IMG/VR virus record: IMGVR_UViG_3300028800_000087
Span: 5,828 to 69,827 of that record
Length of the DNA: 64,000 nt
Source: a virus
Direction: 5' to 3' (one strand)
The stretch's first letter is position 1. Each line of letters starts with the position of its first letter. The position numbers were made by a program, and so were the translations under genes. Shown one piece after another: positions 63,084 to 64,000 of the stretch. The notes under the pieces are model-generated. The model was not told where the DNA came from, ran no database searches, and worked only from the letters and a program-made list of their open reading frames with translations.

Positions 63084-63998
63084 CTACTGCTGTCCAAGCC
63101 ACTTCAACCGGAGCACAGTAGGCGCCACGCCCGGCTGGAACTTCTGCGCCCCAATGTCCCACCGCGGCGACCATGTTTGATTGATGATGTCAGACACCGC
63201 CGTCGGGCTGCTTCCATCAGCTAGTGTCGCCTGAATGGTCGAGTAGTTGGCCCCAGCCCCATAGATATCCGCCGAACTGGATTTGATCCTCGCGTCAAAC
63301 GAACCGCCAATCGTTGGATTGACCAGTTGATTTGCCGCCGTCAGCCCGGAGCAAGGTGAGGCCAGACCAGCACCGCAGCCTGACGAGGTATTCACACCCG
63401 GCATTTGCGCCGATGTGGCGGTGATGCCGACAGAAGTGTATGTGCCTCCATAGCCAGAAGCTGGCGCGTCAGTCGCATTGTTCGCCGCATAGTCGGGGGC
63501 ATTAAAAGTGAGGCCGCTTGAAACTCCCCACGGAAACGGAAAACCGACGCACAGATTGTTATAGAACGTGACGTGCTGACTGCTCCCGAAGTTGGCCTGA
63601 TTGAAGGCGCACGTCGCGTTGGTAGTGCCATTCCCAACCACAACATTGTTCGCCATCACTGCTTGCCCGTATCCAAATTGGATAGCCGCGTTGCCCGTCA
63701 CCGTCGAGCCGTCGATGATAACATCGTTCAGAAGCGCACAGTCGGCGTCGCAAAAGAACACGCCGTTACCGCCGGCGCCCGACTGCAAGATGCTATTCTG
63801 AATTGTCAGATAATTGCCGTGGCCGTTACCTGGGAAGAGGCCGTTACCGCCTCCGCCATGCCACGGCGCCACGGTGCCGTTGGTCGATAAAAGCTGAAGT
63901 CCGTTGATGATGCCATTGTTGTCGGAAGATGCAAAAGCCTCGCCCGCCGTTCCGTTCCAGAATGACGAAGAAGTGGTTGATGTAGTGTTCGTTATCGT
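63084..63998 (-). CDS. Beta-helix-like virion protein, 5'-truncated by the window end
   Basis: Frame open to the window edge; N/G-rich repeats (NNVVVG, FYNN); C-terminal WDIGA. Confidence 0.65.
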   Translation of the reverse strand, partial: TITNTTSTTSSSFWNGTAGEAFASSDNNGIINGLQLLSTNGTVAPWHGGGGNGLFPGNGHGNYLTIQNSILQSGAGGNGVFFCDADCALLNDVIIDGSTVTGNAAIQFGYGQAVMANNVVVGNGTTNATCAFNQANFGSSQHVTFYNNLCVGFPFPWGVSSGLTFNAPDYAANNATDAPASGYGGTYTSVGITATSAQMPGVNTSSGCGAGLASPCSGLTAANQLVNPTIGGSFDARIKSSSADIYGAGANYSTIQATLADGSSPTAVSDIINQTWSPRWDIGAQKFQPGVAPTVLRLKWLGQQ

Positions 63999-64000
63999 AA

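Larger units (their letters stand above)
1..64000. mobile_element. Tailed bacteriophage genome (contractile tail), partial
   Basis: Contiguous terminase, portal, capsid, sheath, tube and baseplate genes plus a self-contained replication/recombination arm. No host housekeeping genes and no integrase seen. Confidence 0.97.

Noticed and set aside
63084-63086. Genome-wide TAG reassignment suggested by the in-frame TAG
   Set aside because: Many intact genes end cleanly at TAG (e.g. 23886, 35194, 39900, 43012) and no suppressor tRNA was seen
1-64000. Visually frequent GATC/CGATCG words
   Set aside because: Cannot be counted here and may follow from ATC/GAT codon preference; needs a Markov-model test
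1-64000. tRNA or rRNA genes
   Set aside because: No cloverleaf or T-loop signature recognised in the intergenic gaps; a tRNAscan run would be needed to exclude them fully

Overview
The whole window is the bulk of one tailed-phage genome with a contractile (myovirus-type) tail. No integrase, repressor or host genes are visible. A CtrA-like DNA-binding domain and the high GC content suggest an alphaproteobacterial host. Layout: (i) 1-14.5 kb, minus strand: NusG-like regulator, terminase, portal, head morphogenesis protein, protease/scaffold and major capsid, interleaved with many small accessory ORFs. (ii) 14.8-43.6 kb, plus strand: primase, sigma-like protein, a split 7-deazaguanine DNA-modification pathway (Gat-QueC, FolE, DpdA/TGT-like; QueD, QueE), beta-clamp, UDG-fused family A polymerase, intein-containing clamp loader, SSB, RecA, resolvase, Mre11/Rad50, three helicases and a PEP-CTERM protein. 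(iii) 43.7-64 kb, minus strand: lysis-like membrane genes, fibres/spike, baseplate, tape measure, frameshifted chaperone, tube, sheath and neck. The most striking item is a clamp-loader intein with no in-frame endonuclease that carries a complete zinc-finger plus DUF559/Vsr-like endonuclease gene in its +1 frame (807 nt of dual coding). Other items: an apparently catalytically dead MazG-like protein coupled to queD, a stand-alone CtrA-like domain inside the baseplate operon, a phage PEP-CTERM protein, two conserved genes that seem to start at ATC, and a duplicated promoter/RBS cassette. All family calls come from motif recognition by eye, not from database searches.
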